From Eledone cirrhosa (lineage: Eukaryota): a stretch of 64,000 nucleotides of DNA. How positions within the stretch are numbered: the stretch's first letter is position 1; every line of letters starts with the position of its first letter. The translations under genes and the position numbers were made by a program. Location: positions 3,410,001-3,474,000 of the forward strand of contig OZ024751.1 of the NCBI GenBank assembly GCA_964016885.1. Reading direction: 5' to 3'. The notes beneath the pieces were generated by a model. That model was given only the letters and a program-made list of their open reading frames with translations, was not told the origin of the DNA and searched no databases. This document shows positions 61,401 through 64,000 of the stretch, one piece after another.

Positions 61401-64000
61401 AGGACTACAGGATCAAGACTGACTACCAGCACACCAGAGGTTTACAGGATCAAGACTGACTACCAGCACACCAGAGGACTACAGGATCAAGACTGACTAC
61501 TTGCACACCAGAGGACTACAGGATCAAGGCTGACTACCAGCACACCAGAGGACTACAGGATCAAGGCTGACTACCAGCACACCAGAGGACTACAGGATCA
61601 AGACTGACTACCAGCACACCAGAGGACTACAGGATCAAGACTGACTACCAGCACACCAGAGGACTACAGGCACAAGTCTGACTACCTGCGCAGCAGAGGA
61701 CTACAGGATCAAGGCTGACTACCAGCACACCAGAGGTCTACAGGATCAAGACTGACTACCTGCACACCAGAGGACTACAGGATCAAGACTGACTACCAGC
61801 ACACCAGAGCTTTACAGGATCAAGACTGACTACCAGCACACCAGAGGACTACAGGCACAAGACTGACTACCAGCACACCAGAGGTCTACAGGATCAAGGC
61901 TGACTACCAGCACACCAGAGGACTACAGGCACAAGACTGACTACCAGCACACCAGAGGTCTACAGGAGCAAGACTGACTACCAGCACACCAGAGGACTAC
62001 AGGATCAAGACTGACTATCAGCTACCAGAGGACTACAGGATCAAGACTGACTACCAGCACCCCAGAGGACTACAGGTTCAAGACTGACTACCAGCACACC
62101 AGAGGACTACAGGATCAAGACTGACTACCAGCACACCAGAGGACTACAGGATCAAGACTGACTACCAGCACACCAGAGGACTACAGGATCAAGACTGACT
62201 ACCAGCACACCAGAGGACTACAGGATCAAGACTGACTACCTGCACACCAGAGGTTTACAGGATCAAGACTGAATACCAGCACACCAGAGGACTACAGGCA
62301 CAAGACTGACTACCAGCACACCAGAGGACTACAGGCACAAGACTGACTACCAGCACACCAGAGGACTACAGGATCAAGGCTGACTACCAGCACACCAGAG
62401 GACTACAGGCACAAGACTGACTACCAGCACACCAGAGGTCTACAGGATCAAGACTGACTACCTGCACACCAGAGGTTTACAGGATCAAGACTGACTACCA
62501 GAACACCAGAGGACTACAGGATCAAGGCTGACTACCAGCACACCAGAGTTTTACAGGATCAAGACTGACTACCAGCACACAAGATGACTACAGGATCAAG
62601 GCTGACTACCAGCACACCAGAGGACTACAGGATCAAGACTGACTACCAGCACACAAGAAGACTACAGGCACAAAACTGACTACCAGACACACAAGAGGAC
62701 TACAGGATCAAGGCTGACTACCAGCACACCAGAGGACTACAGGATCAAGGCTGACTACCAGCACACCAGAGGACTAGAGGATCAAGGCTGACTACCAGCA
62801 CACCAGAGGACTACAGAATCAAGGCTAACTACCAGCACACCAGAGGACTACAGGATCAAGACTGACTACCAGCACACCAGAGGACTACAGGATCAAGGCT
62901 GACTACTATCACACCAGAGGACTACAGGATCAAGACTGACTACCAGCACACCAGAGGACTACAGGATCAAGACTGACTACCAGCACACCAGAGGTTTACA
63001 GGATCAAGACTGACTACCAGCACACCAGAAGACTACAGGATCAAGACTGACTACCAGCACACCAGAGTTTTACAGGATCAAGACTGACTACCAGCACACC
63101 AGAGGACTACAGGCACAAGACTGACTACCAGCACACCAGAGGTCTACAGGATCAAGGCTGACTACCAGCACACCAGAGGACTACAGGCACAAGACTGACT
63201 ACCAGCACACCAGAGGTCTACAGGAGCAAGACTGACTACCAGCACACCAGAGGTTTACAGGATCAAGACTGACTACCTGCACGCCAGAGGACTACAGGAT
63301 CAAGACTGACTATCAGCTACCAGAGGACTACAGGATCAAGACTGACTACCAGCACCCCAGAGGACTACAGGTTCAAGACTGACTACCAGCACACCAGAGG
63401 ACTACAGGATCAAGACTGACTACCAGCACACCAGAGGACTACAGGATCAAGACTGACTACCAGCACACCAGAGGACTACAGGATCAAGACTGACTACCAG
63501 CACACCAGAGGACTACAGGATCAAGACTGACTACCAGCACAGCAGAGCACTACAGGATCAAGGCTGACTACCAGCACACCAGAGGACTACAGACACAAGA
63601 CTGACCACCAGCACACCAAAGGACTACAGGATCAAGACTGACTACCAGCACACAAGAGGTTTACAGGATCAAGACTGACTACCAGCACCACAGAGCACTA
63701 CAGGATCAAGGCTGACTACCAGCACACCAGAGGACTACAGGATCAAGATTGACTACCAGCACTCCAGAGGACTACAGCATCAAGACTGACTACCAGCACT
63801 CCAGAGGACTACAGGATCAAGGCTGACTACCAGCACACCAGAGGACCACAGGATCAAGGCTGACTACCAGCACACCAGAGGACTACAGGATCAAGACTGA
63901 CTACCAGCACAGCAGAGGACTACAGGATCAAGGCTGACTACCAGCACACCAGAGGTCTACAGGCACAAGACTGACTACCAGCACACCAGAAGTTTACTGG
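28410..64000 (+). repeat. 37-bp satellite array, ~960 monomers, runs off the window end
   Basis: Consensus GACTGACTACCAGCACACCAGAGGACTACAGGATCAA, head-to-tail with no spacers. The first ~8 monomers are diverged. Stop codons occur on both strands. Confidence 0.99.

Noticed and set aside
28410-64000. 37-bp repeat as a CRISPR array or repetitive protein gene
   Set aside because: There are no spacers or cas genes and the context is eukaryotic. The unit is not a multiple of 3 and has stops on both strands. The FLAG-like GACTACA is coincidental.

Overview
Eukaryotic, gene-free, repeat-dominated DNA. The SINE family and very long (TA)n/(TATACA)n tracts suggest an octopus/cephalopod genome (inference). 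Bases 1-28,400 are microsatellite tracts interrupted by transposon relics: a 5'-truncated Penelope-like element (RT + GIY-YIG, Naiad-like), a Buster/Charlie-type hAT transposon with one TIR, an RTE-type LINE 3' end, two almost identical CR1/L2-group LINE copies, two tRNA-derived SINEs, a tRNA-like unit and an 87-bp foldback. Bases ~28,410-64,000 are one 37-bp satellite (~960 monomers) with higher-order duplications. The main observation is eight sequence-unrelated minimal type I hammerhead ribozyme motifs (five with canonical cores, three with core or cleavage-site substitutions), plus partial copies, within 24 kb. Only one belongs to a coding Penelope element. The others lie in short non-coding islands, several with direct or inverted repeats, which points to a diverse population of retrozyme-like non-autonomous elements living in TA microsatellites. 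All folds were read by eye and none is experimentally validated. Most ORFs in the track are microsatellite artefacts, and no host gene is supported.
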